Positions 20,724 through 31,874 are shown, counted from the stretch's first letter. The stretch: DNA of 64,000 bases from Limisphaerales bacterium (GCA_965657355.1 CBFHOE010000009.1:96001-160000), one strand, 5' to 3'. Notes: a model not told the origin generated them from the letters alone. A program made the numbers and translations.

Positions 20724-22771
20724 CAATTCATTTCTATCATTTGGGGGTTAGACTTCATTTGAAACGGGTCACTCATTATGACGCCTATTATAAAATCTTT
20801 CATTTTATATCCATCTGGCTTTGTTTTTTTGACGATGGATTCTAGTGCCATTTGATCACCTGGCCCAAGCGCCCTGGCTAGAGCGAAGGATAATAGATGG
20901 CCAGCAAATGCCTTGGCAAAACGATCTTTCTCTGCAAGCAATGCGTCTTTGAATTCAAGTATGTCAGCAAAATGATGTGTTCTGAACAAGGTTCCAGCCA
21001 TATCTATCTCTCGACCATTTGGGTAGTGGGTTCGCCAATTGCCAATGGCATCAAAATTTTCTAAAGCAAACCCGAGCGGATCGATTTTTTCATGACATCC
21101 GCGACAGTCTGTTCGTTCTCGATGTTTAGAAAGCCTTTCTCTGAGCGTCATGTTTTTCTCCTCCTCAGGTGGGTGCTCATCAAGGGGAGGAGCATCCGCT
21201 GGCGGTGGTTCAGGAGGATTATTAAAAATTACACTAGCCAACCAAGATCCCCTCGTGATCGGTTTCGTTCTTTCTGTTCCAGATGTCATTGTCATGACGG
21301 CAGCATTAGTGATGACACCACCATTTCTCCTATCAGAAACAGGCATACGATGAAAACGCAGAACTGTCACTTCATTGCGAGATTTCCCATCAAAGTCACC
21401 TAATGCTAGCCCTTTGTATGCATGTTGAAGTAGCGATGATCGATATGTGAAATCCGAATCGATCAATTGAAGTATGGATTTATTCTCCACCAATACCGTT
21501 TCAAAGACGAGCAGAGGTTCTAGCATCATATGCATACTGTCACGGTATTTTAGGAAATAGAAATCAGGAAACAAATCCCTGTTTGGGGTTGCTGAAATTA
21601 TCCTCTCAAGCTGCAACCACTGTGATGGAAAACTGTCACAAAACCTTTTAAGTTTCTGGTCTAAAAGCATCCGATTAACCTGAGCCTCAAGAACGTCTGC
21701 CCGGAGCAGGTCATCCGAAGCGGCAAGCATCAATAATTCTTTGTCTGGAATACTGCCCCAAAGAAAAAAAGATAATCTTGATGCGAGTTCGAAACTGTCG
21801 ACCCTGTCTGAATTCTTTTTATCATCGGTAAATCCATCGTAGTGGTAGAGAAACATTGGAGAAGAAATAACGGCAGCCGACACGTCCTTCATGGCATCTT
21901 GAAAAGACGCCCCCTCAGAAATTTTTTTTATGACGAAACTTGAGTATCTATCGAGGACATCTGATGTAACAATTCTTCTAAATGCTCGAGAGAGAAACTT
22001 TTCTAATCGATCTTTTACGACCAGCTCAACCTCTTGGCCGGCAGCTGGGGATTTAAAAAATTCATTCCAAATCCCAACATTTGAAGAATTAAAATCGTTA
22101 CTGTTTACAACTGACTGGCCGAGCCTTAAAAAAGCTTCCAAAAGAAGCGGGGACAAAGAAAGATGATCTCCACGATTATCAAAACCATTCTCAGCCCTTA
22201 AGTCCTGAGGAAATGGAGCCACACCAGCGAGACGTTTTTCAATCATTTGGGACTTTCCCAAAGGCCGGCTACCGACGGTCACGACATCACCCATTTTCTT
22301 GGTCTCAGGCTTAAAGTAGTTCTGGTGCTCTCGCATCATTCGCTCGGGCAGGCTAAAAACAACACCTCGCAATTTGAATAGATCAACCACAGCATTATCG
22401 TATTGAAAGCGATTCATGCGCCTCATTGGAGCATGATTATATGATTTCTTTTTAGCAAAACGGGCGCGAATACTTTCAAGGGCATCCACCAATCTTTTTT
22501 TGGACTCTATACTCAGTTGAGGCTCATCTTCAGGCGGCATTTCATTAAAATCCAAAACATCGACAATTGTATCCAACAATTCTCTATCTCTATCAAAATC
22601 AGATATTTTTTTAATTTTTGTAAGGTCTACCTTCCCTTTCGTTTTGCCATTCTTTCCGTGGCATTGGACACAACTCTCATTGAATATTTTAGTAATGGAC
22701 CCAAAATCCCCTGCTAACCCGCCATGAGAAAGCACCCCAAACAAGATGAGAAAAGAAAGGAATTTTTGCAT
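20723..22771 (-). CDS. DUF1592/DUF1588 (PSD3/PSD4/PSCyt3-type) cytochrome c domain protein
   Basis: CVQCH, MPP, RRMNRFQYDN, ELASRLSFFLW.SIPD, PITRG.W, CRGCHEKIDPLGFALENFDAIG. Confidence 0.92.
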   Translation of the reverse strand: MQKFLSFLILFGVLSHGGLAGDFGSITKIFNESCVQCHGKNGKTKGKVDLTKIKKISDFDRDRELLDTIVDVLDFNEMPPEDEPQLSIESKKRLVDALESIRARFAKKKSYNHAPMRRMNRFQYDNAVVDLFKLRGVVFSLPERMMREHQNYFKPETKKMGDVVTVGSRPLGKSQMIEKRLAGVAPFPQDLRAENGFDNRGDHLSLSPLLLEAFLRLGQSVVNSNDFNSSNVGIWNEFFKSPAAGQEVELVVKDRLEKFLSRAFRRIVTSDVLDRYSSFVIKKISEGASFQDAMKDVSAAVISSPMFLYHYDGFTDDKKNSDRVDSFELASRLSFFLWGSIPDKELLMLAASDDLLRADVLEAQVNRMLLDQKLKRFCDSFPSQWLQLERIISATPNRDLFPDFYFLKYRDSMHMMLEPLLVFETVLVENKSILQLIDSDFTYRSSLLQHAYKGLALGDFDGKSRNEVTVLRFHRMPVSDRRNGGVITNAAVMTMTSGTERTKPITRGSWLASVIFNNPPEPPPADAPPLDEHPPEEEKNMTLRERLSKHRERTDCRGCHEKIDPLGFALENFDAIGNWRTHYPNGREIDMAGTLFRTHHFADILEFKDALLAEKDRFAKAFAGHLLSFALARALGPGDQMALESIVKKTKPDGYKMKDFIIGVIMSDPFQMKSNPQMIEMN

Positions 22772-23231
22772 TTCCAAAATATTAACATCAATCCAACCAT
22801 TGAAAATAATTTTCCATCGATCAATGAATGCGATGAAATTTTGGATTTATGTGCATTTTAGATCATTTTTTCAATGACTACTCCATTTCCCTGCATTTTT
22901 TATTTATGAAAAATGACTCGTTGTGAATGAATTTCCACCGGCAACCGAGAAGTGGATGTGTCATGACAGAAACAGCTCTCCATGATGAATGAGCTCACAC
23001 TCAAAAACATAACGATTCGAATTCATTGGGTTTTGTATCCCAAAAAAGTCAAGTCATACCCCTTGAACAAAAAAATCCCTTCTCCGAAATATAACGCAGA
23101 GACAGAGATTTTTGAAATTTACTAATTTCTCCTAAGTTGACTGAAATTCATGAAATCATGGATCAATGATCATAATTTTCCCGAGGAGAGTGATGTGTTC
23201 TGTTTGGAACCAATGAAACGTGAACTCAGCA

Positions 23232-26200
23232 CTAATCTTCCTTATCACCGGAGGCTAACTCATCGAAATAGCTAACAAGTAACGGGCGTGCCCTCTTAAT
23301 TTTCTCCAAATCGAAATTCACGCGGGCTACCCGACTAATATATCTGTAGACACCGGCAACTTCATCACTCCATGGTCCAGAAACAATAGTTCTTGCCGTC
23401 TCTTTTTTGTTATTTTTCTTGTGAATATCGGCACCGTTTTTTATGAGAAGTTCCACTGTTTCTATCTTTCCTGCCCAGGCAGAAACATGAAGAGGAGTAT
23501 TACCATCACGGTTCTGTATACCAATATCTGCTCCGCGCTCAAGAAGGTATCTTACCATTTTATTATTACCTCTAAAAGCTGCAGCGACCAAAGGTGCGCC
23601 CCCTTGATCAGCCAAACCATTGATCGGTGCCCCCTGCCCGATGAGCTGCTTGGTCAATGCGAAATTCCCTGATGAAACTGCCTCCTCTAGCTGGTTGGAC
23701 AGAATCTGATCTTTGGCCTCATCACTTGCCACGTGAAATATAAAATCATTGCTAAACAATCCCTGCGGGTTCTGGACCTGTATCAAATGCATACCCTCTG
23801 AAGGCAATTCCACCAGTTCTATCGTGACATCATTATTTTCGCCAAGAGTCACCTTTCCGGGTACTCGATGACCGTTTACAATGACATTTGCTCGTTCATC
23901 AATATACATCCCACTGACCTCCATTGATTTATTATCTCCAAATAGATAGGGAAATTTCTGCTTTCCACGTTGGGCGTGTATGGGGCCTCTTGTCCAAATT
24001 GCTGGTTGAGGTGTGTCTAAAGTTGCGCTTACTCCATGCCGGGCAGTAAATGTGGCAATAAATTTACCCTCAGATGCAAGATTGATGAGATCCTTTCTGG
24101 TATATATTTTTGATGTATCAACGTCAGAAATATATCCTTTAATTTTATTCCCCTCACTATATCGCAAATTAATGGGATCAGATCTTTCTCCATTAATAAG
24201 AACACCCTGACCTTCAAAAACAACAGCACCTTCGCTATCCGCTTTTTCCAAAGCCGCAATGAAAGATTCGGTATGACTTTGTCGCGCTGTTTCCTTATTG
24301 AGACTTACCTGCCGAGCGAAAGCTCCTGAAAAACCAGTGCTACCTTCCAGCACCATATTCCAAACAGGATTAAATCTTCGACGCCCCCCCCACGATAACT
24401 GCCATATACTTTTTTCATCCTGACCTCGCTCAGCAATTCTTCTGTAAAAGTCAAAATCAATAATATTAAGACGGCCCTGAGGAAGGATTAAAAATCTGTC
24501 GTAGGCGCCCCTCCAAGTCGGTGCATCCATTCCACTTCCCGGAGTATTCGTACTCACCCAGAACGGCATGCGGTGGCAATTTCCACAAACATTTGGATTG
24601 GCCTGTTTCGGGTCATTATCGCCTTTGATGTGAAAAAGATCGAAACCTTGTTTTGCCTCATCGGATAATTCATTGGTGTAGGATCGACGCTGGGCGGGTG
24701 GAAAAGGAACAGACAAGAGAAATTGTGCCATATCATCTCTTTGGGCCGCGGATAGCAACCCAGGTTTACCTTCATCATTCAGAGTTGGATCACCCACGGT
24801 AGCCATTGTTGACGCCAGACCTCCGTCTATGAGATGCCGAGTCGAACTAGCGGGATCCGCGACGCTACTATTTGGAGCATCGGCCCCATGAACATTCGCA
24901 CTGTTATTTCCACCATAAGGATCCCCTGGAATTCCATCCCAGTGATAGGGCTCCGTATTCCTAAGCCCCCTTACGGGCATAGTAGAGCGCGGCATGATCT
25001 GGTTCCCTCCTGTTACCACAGGCGTTTTTAAAACCCACAACAGTTGATCTGTATGACCATCAGGGTGACAACTGGCGCAAGAAAATGTATGTGTGGTTGA
25101 AGCTGCCGCCGTGTTGAAAGCGATTCGACCCCGCTTAAAAATTGGATGTGTGGGATCTTGTAGAGCAATCGTTGTTACTAATTCAGGTTCTGATGCATTG
25201 CTAATATCCACCAAAGAAATTGAGTTTTCTACTGCATTAAAAACCCAAGATTTAATAGCTTTACCATCTTGGTCATGAACCAGTGCAATGCCTCTCGGCA
25301 CAGCGCCTACTTTTACGCTCCCCATGACGAGGCCGCTCATAGCATCCACTGTGAACATTTTATCAGAGCCTGCTGCAGTTGCGTATATGACGGAGTCGTC
25401 CTCGCTTATCTGAATAGCAAAAGGAGTCGCATAAGCATCATCGATTGCTGGTTGATTGGGAGGCAGGGGTTCCAAATTTAAAAAGCGTTTTTTTTCACCC
25501 TTTTTCTCTCCTGGATCATATTTAGTTATCTGGTTGAGAAAAGGTCGATTCTCAAGTTCAGCTAATCCATGCTTTTTACTCCCGGAGCGACCATTGGCAT
25601 CATTTCTAGCGTCGGTTTGTGAAATATAGACCTGCCCTTCGGATCCGACAGTCAGTCCGTATAAAAGCGTACCTAACGTATCGACGACCTCAATGAGCTC
25701 ATCCGTGTTGGTGTCATATATGAATAGATCACGATCCGGAACTTTTGGATGTTTTATAATATCCACGACATGGCCGATGGATAAAACGTTGTTGACTCTT
25801 ATGGAATGCTCCCATGCATTAAATGTGGTTAAGTCCCCGTCTATTTTATTACCGCCCGATAATTGAGTCTTATTATTCGACTCAAATGGAATGACGTAAA
25901 GTTTATCATTGCGGACGACCAAAGCCCTTGGATCTTGGGCGGGAATATAAAGTTTTTTCAGAATATTTTTATTATGGACATCGACTACTGCAATTTGGTT
26001 TTCAGAAGACAGAGCAATGTATGCTTTTTCGTTTCCAGCGAACGCTATACCAACAGGTTCATCAAAGCGAGTTGCTTTTGTCCTCTGGTCAATATCCTGA
26101 ATAGTGGCTGTCACATGCCGAAATGTCGCATTTGATGAAACGAGATCGATTACACTTACTGAATCTGAAATATGATTCGACACCCATAACTCTTTACCGT

Positions 26201-26489
26201 CAGGCCTAATAGCCAAACTGACGGGGTCAATGCCAACAGGAATCCGACAAATGATCTTTTTGGTGCCTGAATCTATTATGTCTACCGTATCTGCTGGCGT
26301 ATTTACGACATAAACAAGGCCATCAATAAATGCTATTGGGTTAGCATGCGGGCTCATAAAGGAAGGATGCCCCACGTCCTGGTGTTCAAATGCTTTATTA
26401 CCTGCCCGTAGACTATCGGCATTGCCAAAAATAACCCCGATGAGAACGAAAAACGAAAAGAACCTTAATTCTATGTTTCTTACATTCAT
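23232..26489 (-). CDS. Secreted YVTN beta-propeller + di-heme cytochrome c (CCP/MauG-like) + C-terminal ankyrin repeats
   Basis: YVVNT, IPVGIDPVSLAIRPDGKELWVSN, VKVGAVPRGIA repeats; CASCH and CGNCH; TEPYHWDG; ankyrin repeats (GAPLVAAA, GNTPLHVSA...LLIKNGAD). Likely ATG 26489 (track start 26576). Confidence 0.85.
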   Translation of the reverse strand: MNVRNIELRFFSFFVLIGVIFGNADSLRAGNKAFEHQDVGHPSFMSPHANPIAFIDGLVYVVNTPADTVDIIDSGTKKIICRIPVGIDPVSLAIRPDGKELWVSNHISDSVSVIDLVSSNATFRHVTATIQDIDQRTKATRFDEPVGIAFAGNEKAYIALSSENQIAVVDVHNKNILKKLYIPAQDPRALVVRNDKLYVIPFESNNKTQLSGGNKIDGDLTTFNAWEHSIRVNNVLSIGHVVDIIKHPKVPDRDLFIYDTNTDELIEVVDTLGTLLYGLTVGSEGQVYISQTDARNDANGRSGSKKHGLAELENRPFLNQITKYDPGEKKGEKKRFLNLEPLPPNQPAIDDAYATPFAIQISEDDSVIYATAAGSDKMFTVDAMSGLVMGSVKVGAVPRGIALVHDQDGKAIKSWVFNAVENSISLVDISNASEPELVTTIALQDPTHPIFKRGRIAFNTAAASTTHTFSCASCHPDGHTDQLLWVLKTPVVTGGNQIMPRSTMPVRGLRNTEPYHWDGIPGDPYGGNNSANVHGADAPNSSVADPASSTRHLIDGGLASTMATVGDPTLNDEGKPGLLSAAQRDDMAQFLLSVPFPPAQRRSYTNELSDEAKQGFDLFHIKGDNDPKQANPNVCGNCHRMPFWVSTNTPGSGMDAPTWRGAYDRFLILPQGRLNIIDFDFYRRIAERGQDEKSIWQLSWGGRRRFNPVWNMVLEGSTGFSGAFARQVSLNKETARQSHTESFIAALEKADSEGAVVFEGQGVLINGERSDPINLRYSEGNKIKGYISDVDTSKIYTRKDLINLASEGKFIATFTARHGVSATLDTPQPAIWTRGPIHAQRGKQKFPYLFGDNKSMEVSGMYIDERANVIVNGHRVPGKVTLGENNDVTIELVELPSEGMHLIQVQNPQGLFSNDFIFHVASDEAKDQILSNQLEEAVSSGNFALTKQLIGQGAPINGLADQGGAPLVAAAFRGNNKMVRYLLERGADIGIQNRDGNTPLHVSAWAGKIETVELLIKNGADIHKKNNKKETARTIVSGPWSDEVAGVYRYISRVARVNFDLEKIKRARPLLVSYFDELASGDKED

Positions 26490-26812
26490 GGATAAATTCC
26501 TTAAGACTAAAACAAAATACATAAAGATTAACGATTGAGCATTTAAATTGCTGACTTTTTTTGCTTGGAATTTCACTGCTAAAGATTTTTCCCAAAAAAT
26601 TTAGGGATTTTTATATGCTTTTTCGAAAAATATGAACCCCAAAGCCCCGGCATCAAATGAGTCTCCCTCCGGAATCCGATTACGAAGACTCGAATTTGAT
26701 TGAAATTATTCTATGGAATACTGATTGGTGTTCCTTTTGTTTTTAATTATGATTTTGACGGTATTTCCCGAAAATATATTTTATACTTAACCCTAAGAAA
26801 GAAACCTGATAA

Positions 26813-28717
26813 ATGAAAAGCAAACCAAACTTTTACCAAAATTTTCTCCTAAGACTGTTTTCGATTATCACGATCTTTACTTACGCATTTTCAACAAAGA
26901 GTGAAAATTTATCGGGAATACGGATCGATCAAGCCCAGGTCATCGGCACCCACAATTCATACCACGTGGCTCCACACCCTTCTCTTAGCAAGCTCATTCG
27001 CGCCACAAACGAAGAATTTGGCGATGCCTTAGAATACACGCATAGACCATTGATCGAGCAATTTGAAAAACTGGGAATAAGACAGATCGAACTTGACCTT
27101 TATGCGGACCCTATTGGCGGACATTACTCCAACCCAAAAGGTGTTGGCGTTGCCCGAACAGCCGGTTTACCTGACGTGCCAAATTTCGATCCTGACTCAA
27201 AATTAGCGACCCCGGGTTTAAAGATTTTGCATACACCCGATATCGACTACCAAACGACAGTCCTTACATTTAAAGATGCACTCCTTTTGATACAGGAGTG
27301 GTCGGATGCCAATCCGAGTCATTTTCCATTAACTATACTTATAGAATTAAAGGAAACTCCAAGTGGGCCCTTGCTTACCAAATCGATCAAATTTACGGAG
27401 GAAAGAATTCTCGATGTTGAAAAAGAGATTTTGGATGTGATGAACAAATCGGACATCATAACGCCTCAATTGGTCCGTGGTGAATATAAAACACTGAGAG
27501 AAGCCGTGCTCAACAAAGGCTGGCCACTCCTTGCTGATAGCAGAGGCAAAGTTATCTTTTGTTTGGATAATACAGGAAAACACAGAGATATTTATTTAAA
27601 GAACGATCCAAACCTGCACTCTCGCCTCCTCTTTCCCAGCGTTGATGAAAGTCATCCAGCAGCGGGATTCTTCAAAGTTAACGATCCCATACAAAATTTT
27701 AATAAGATACAGAGCCTTGTGAGCAAAGGATTTATGGTAAGAACCAGGGCTGATATTCCTACAAAAAATGCTCGAACAAATAATACCGTACAACGCGAAA
27801 AAGCTTTTGCTAGTGGAGCGCAACTTATTAGCACCGATTATCCCGAGCCAAACCCTTCGTTTAGTCTCTATTCAGTGAGATTCCCAGGTCATAAAATTGC
27901 AATCTCAAATCCAGTAAGCGGAAATAAATTATGGAATGAATTTGATTTAGAAAAGGACCTCATAAAATTCTCTAATTCACCTCCAAAAGACATTGGTGAA
28001 TACCTTTCGAGAATGGCATTCAAAGCTCACAACAAAAGGGCGTTGAGTGAAGCCAGTGCCTATTATAAGAAATTGCTGGAACTAGATCCTGCTGAGAATC
28101 TGACCGAGGTAGAAAAGAATTTAATAATATCAGTGGCACCAGACTTACTTAAAATAAAAGATGAACCTTTTATTTTAAGAGATGCCATTGCTGTCCATCA
28201 CCCAACCAAACCCATTATAGCTTACCACCTGATGTGGGGTGACGACATCGATTTTCCCGCAGACAATGACCCGGTTGACCATGAGGTCGTTTGGGTGAGT
28301 TATTCAATCGATTCACTAAAACCGACATTTATCCACACCTACTTCCATGGACAAATTTTAACTATCAAGGCTCCTCAAGAACCTCTAATTGGAATCGAAT
28401 GGGGCAAACATGGAAGCATACCACTTTTAGAAAACAATCAGATCAGTAAGGGACTTTCAGGATTGAAAAAAAATTGGCAAAGACTAAATGGGCGCGGAAT
28501 TAGAAAGCCTAAACATCCATTTAGTAATCAGTGGCCCAAAAAATTTCCAGGCACCTTCGAAGATTACCTGGAGTTTAAACACCCTGAAAATTTGGTTAAA
28601 CACTTAAAGTCCAAAAATATGATGATAAAAGGGAAATGGGCGAATGCCATCATTGATCAAATTTTCCTACCTTATAATTTTTCTGCCAAAATGGAATGGC
28701 CTGATTCGTTTTATTGA
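26813..28717 (+). CDS. Ca2+-dependent PI-specific phospholipase C-like protein with extra C-terminal domain
   Basis: QVIGTHNSYH, GIRQIELD, MVRTRAD, SGAQLISTDYP; then a TPR-like helix pair and about 200 aa of unassigned domain. Confidence 0.82.
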   Translation: MKSKPNFYQNFLLRLFSIITIFTYAFSTKSENLSGIRIDQAQVIGTHNSYHVAPHPSLSKLIRATNEEFGDALEYTHRPLIEQFEKLGIRQIELDLYADPIGGHYSNPKGVGVARTAGLPDVPNFDPDSKLATPGLKILHTPDIDYQTTVLTFKDALLLIQEWSDANPSHFPLTILIELKETPSGPLLTKSIKFTEERILDVEKEILDVMNKSDIITPQLVRGEYKTLREAVLNKGWPLLADSRGKVIFCLDNTGKHRDIYLKNDPNLHSRLLFPSVDESHPAAGFFKVNDPIQNFNKIQSLVSKGFMVRTRADIPTKNARTNNTVQREKAFASGAQLISTDYPEPNPSFSLYSVRFPGHKIAISNPVSGNKLWNEFDLEKDLIKFSNSPPKDIGEYLSRMAFKAHNKRALSEASAYYKKLLELDPAENLTEVEKNLIISVAPDLLKIKDEPFILRDAIAVHHPTKPIIAYHLMWGDDIDFPADNDPVDHEVVWVSYSIDSLKPTFIHTYFHGQILTIKAPQEPLIGIEWGKHGSIPLLENNQISKGLSGLKKNWQRLNGRGIRKPKHPFSNQWPKKFPGTFEDYLEFKHPENLVKHLKSKNMMIKGKWANAIIDQIFLPYNFSAKMEWPDSFY

Positions 28718-28883
28718 TTTTCAACTTGTTAAATCCGCTAACCCTCTGGGTCTGACTACCATTTTTAAATACGCCGCATGCAGCCGTATAGAAATACCCG
28801 ATTCATGGTGATGGATTTCAAAAAGCCTTTTAATTCAATCGAGAATGGTATACTGGTAACGCTAAGCCTTGAAAGATGAAGTT

Positions 28884-29657
28884 ATGGTTAATTACAAAAG
28901 AGACATCTCGCCCGACAAGAATGGATTCACATTGATTGAGCTTTTAGTCGTTATAGCAATAATTGCTATATTGGCTTCGATGATTCTACCAGCTTTAGGA
29001 AAGGCCAAAGAAAAAGCAAAGAGGACATACTGCTCAAACAATCTCAGGCAAATGGGAATTGCCGCGCGTGTTTATTCAGATAACTTCAACGGCTACTATC
29101 CTTACACCTTCCAGGTCAGAGGTAATAATGTGACCCGAAAGGCATGGTTTAATTTTCTTCAAGAATACCAACACACCACAAACATACTCCACTGCCCAAC
29201 TCAAAGTAAGGCCTTCAAAAAACTCTACGCCGTTTACTCCTCGGATAGAAATGATAAAGCTATTTCAAACTACATGGCAAATTTCAGACTTGGTGGCTGC
29301 GATTGGCCAAACGTTTGGGATATCAAAAATTGGGGCCCAATAAAAGATTCAGCTATAAAATTTCCGGCAAGAACCGTCTATATGACTGATGGTGGAGCTC
29401 GCCCTTTAAACTCCAGAAATCGATTCAAAGCTGTGACCACGCAATCACAAGAAAAACCAGGCGCATGGGTTCTTCACGATCCAGGGAATAGCAGCCCATG
29501 CGGTGGATGCGTTATCTCTGCAGATCCAAACTGGGGTGGCCCTCACCTGCGCCACCAAGGCAAAAGCTCTGTAGCTTTCGCTGATGGCCATGTCGAAACC
29601 CTTCCCGCCAGCAAATGGTATTGGTCTAACTCTCCATGGCTAGATCCAGCTCGGTAG
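28884..29657 (+). CDS. Prepilin-type N-terminal cleavage/methylation protein with H-X9-DG motif (DUF1559-like)
   Basis: [33 protein letters not shown]-terminal [14 protein letters not shown]. Confidence 0.92.
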   Translation: MVNYKRDISPDKNGFTLIELLVVIAIIAILASMILPALGKAKEKAKRTYCSNNLRQMGIAARVYSDNFNGYYPYTFQVRGNNVTRKAWFNFLQEYQHTTNILHCPTQSKAFKKLYAVYSSDRNDKAISNYMANFRLGGCDWPNVWDIKNWGPIKDSAIKFPARTVYMTDGGARPLNSRNRFKAVTTQSQEKPGAWVLHDPGNSSPCGGCVISADPNWGGPHLRHQGKSSVAFADGHVETLPASKWYWSNSPWLDPAR

Positions 29658-29955
29658 TTCCAAAAGTACGCCTATTTTACTAAAAAGCATGATATGCACA
29701 GGCCATAACCCATGGCTCCCGCAGTTATTATGGAAAAAAGAATCTCCAAATGTGATGGAAGATTCTCGTATTTGGAGTGAAACATTATGCCCAACTCACA
29801 TTCTTGATTTAAGGACAACAAGAGAACAGAAAACCCATCGCTGTTTTTCTTAAACAAGGACACCAGTTTACATAGACCCACTTGCAAACATTACCAAACA
29901 GGACAACTCAATATTCTAGAAAACCCGCATGCATGGCAGCTTCTGAAAGTCACAT

Positions 29956-29985
29956 AAAAAAACCCCTCATTGATATGAGAGGTTT
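29956..29985 (-). terminator. Intrinsic terminator of the phosphatase gene
   Basis: Minus strand AAACCTCTCAT-ATCA-ATGAGGGGTTT followed by a T run, just past the stop at 30009. Confidence 0.65.
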
Positions 29986-30008
29986 GGAAAACAAGAGAGG
30001 TTCTATTT

Positions 30009-31865
30009 TTATTTATTCAAATCAAAAGTATCAAAAAGTCTGCCATCAAGGTCGTAGGCTTTGAAGGCGAGCTTCGAACCATTAATCCAAATCATAGCAT
30101 AGTGGTGTCCTCTTCTAACAATGTGCTCAAATGGGGTTCTAAAAGGACCCGGTGTTTCCAATCCACCACCACCACCACCTGTAATCATATAAAATGGAGC
30201 ATCACGATCCACTGGTTTGCCGCCTTTGATTTGCCAAGTTCTTTCGTAGGAGTGAATATGGCCATTTAAAACTATGTCGACACCATATTTGTCGTATAGA
30301 GTCGTAAGGTTACGAGCATTAAGGTCTCCCCTTCTGCTTTTATTGGTCTTCCAAAGGTTCCCATAATCATTTTCATCTGAGGAATATGGAGGGTGGTGAT
30401 GACAAACAAACTTCCATGTCGCATTCGATTGGGACAATTGGTTATCAAGCCATTTGTATTGCTCTGATTTAGGATCGCATTTTTTATTGGTATCGATCAT
30501 AAAGAACTGAGCATTTCCATAGGTAAAGGTGTAATAATATTCAGGCTCAGGAAGTGACATATATCGATAATAGTGGTCGGCGTTTTGTTCGTGATTACCC
30601 AACACGGGATAAAATGGAACACGAGAGACCAAAGGGTTCATACTCTCAAAATAGTCTTCTACCCACTGACGCTTAATTCTTCCAGTTGAGACCAAATCCC
30701 CAGCATGGATCATGAAGTTTGGACGCTGCTCCCAGGCTTGCACAGCAAGAGCGCCAGAAACCTTTGGATTACCTTGGGTATCACTAATTATGGCAAAGGC
30801 ATATGGAGTATCTGCTCCCCCATCAGTTTGAAAAGTCTTCACGGGAGACTCAATTTGTTCATCTCCATTTTTGCTGATGGCCTTGTAAAAATATTGAGTC
30901 CCCGGCTGAAGCTCGGTGATAGTTAACTCATGAATCTTACCAGATGATTTGACCGGAAGCATGGTATCGCACTCGCTTGTTTCTCCATAAAATAGAATAC
31001 CATCCGAGACAGCTGTTGTTTCCCACATCACTGTCATGGAGGTTTTTGTACCAAACTGCAAATACGGCTCGATAACGTGTTTTAATGGAGGGTTTTCTAT
31101 TTCATCAGGTGCAGGAAGTGCTGCTAATTTACTATTATGTTCAAATTCTTGTTTTACCCACTCCGCTTTTGCTGCCTGGTCATAAACGCTTATATTGACT
31201 ATTTCTCCAGTGTGCCCAAAGTCCTCGTTGGTGTCTTTATACCCTCCAATCGCCAGGTTTAACTTTTCCGGATACAAAACATCTCCAGATTGGATCGTAG
31301 TTGAGCTTTCTTTCTTCCCATTAACATATAGGTCCAATTCTTTGCCATCGTATGTTGCGACCACGTGGTAAAGAACGCCCAATTTGTAGGCCGATTTTGA
31401 CTCTAGATAAGTCATATACCCGTCACCATCATCAGCACCTTTGGTAGCCAAAGCTATGTAAAATCTTTCTGGGCCGTATCCAAGAACCCATCCTTGTTCT
31501 TCCCCACCATTATCTTCGATCACACCAAGGATACCGCCATATCCAAGTTCTTTGTATGTTGAGAACCAACTTGTGATAGTAAAGTCTCTCTTGGGTAGAT
31601 TATTCAGGTCGATTAATTTTGAAGAAGTAGGTTTCCCTCTAAAAATAAGTCCATTTTTACCTTCCTCGAATTTGTTGGCAATATTGATATCGGGACCCTT
31701 TTGAGCGACGATATCACCAGACTTGGAAACGAACTTCCCCTTCATGGAGTAATGCATCAAAGGGTTTGGTCCATCATGAGAAAAAAGGTTGCCGACCATT
31801 CCAATAAGAACGACAAGGAAGCACAGTAACCTTGAACACCGAGGAAAATTAAAGAATCTTTTCAT
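30009..31865 (-). CDS. LamG domain + purple acid phosphatase-like metallophosphoesterase
   Basis: LamG (YHVVATYDG..LYVNG); FN3-like PAP N-domain (PYLQ..T.SMTVMWET, LQPGTQYFY); metallophos motifs SDTQ, HAGDLV, GNHE, HHP, GHIHSYER; signal peptide. Confidence 0.9.
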   Translation of the reverse strand: MKRFFNFPRCSRLLCFLVVLIGMVGNLFSHDGPNPLMHYSMKGKFVSKSGDIVAQKGPDINIANKFEEGKNGLIFRGKPTSSKLIDLNNLPKRDFTITSWFSTYKELGYGGILGVIEDNGGEEQGWVLGYGPERFYIALATKGADDGDGYMTYLESKSAYKLGVLYHVVATYDGKELDLYVNGKKESSTTIQSGDVLYPEKLNLAIGGYKDTNEDFGHTGEIVNISVYDQAAKAEWVKQEFEHNSKLAALPAPDEIENPPLKHVIEPYLQFGTKTSMTVMWETTAVSDGILFYGETSECDTMLPVKSSGKIHELTITELQPGTQYFYKAISKNGDEQIESPVKTFQTDGGADTPYAFAIISDTQGNPKVSGALAVQAWEQRPNFMIHAGDLVSTGRIKRQWVEDYFESMNPLVSRVPFYPVLGNHEQNADHYYRYMSLPEPEYYYTFTYGNAQFFMIDTNKKCDPKSEQYKWLDNQLSQSNATWKFVCHHHPPYSSDENDYGNLWKTNKSRRGDLNARNLTTLYDKYGVDIVLNGHIHSYERTWQIKGGKPVDRDAPFYMITGGGGGGLETPGPFRTPFEHIVRRGHHYAMIWINGSKLAFKAYDLDGRLFDTFDLNK

Positions 31866-31874
31866 AAAGTCGTC

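Noticed and set aside
23232..26489. Hydrazine synthase or anammox function
   Set aside because: Only the domain architecture is similar; there is no alpha subunit or other anammox gene in the window.
29672..29940. Short ORFs between the prepilin-like gene and the terminator
   Set aside because: Interrupted frames with no recognisable family; possibly decayed but unsupported.
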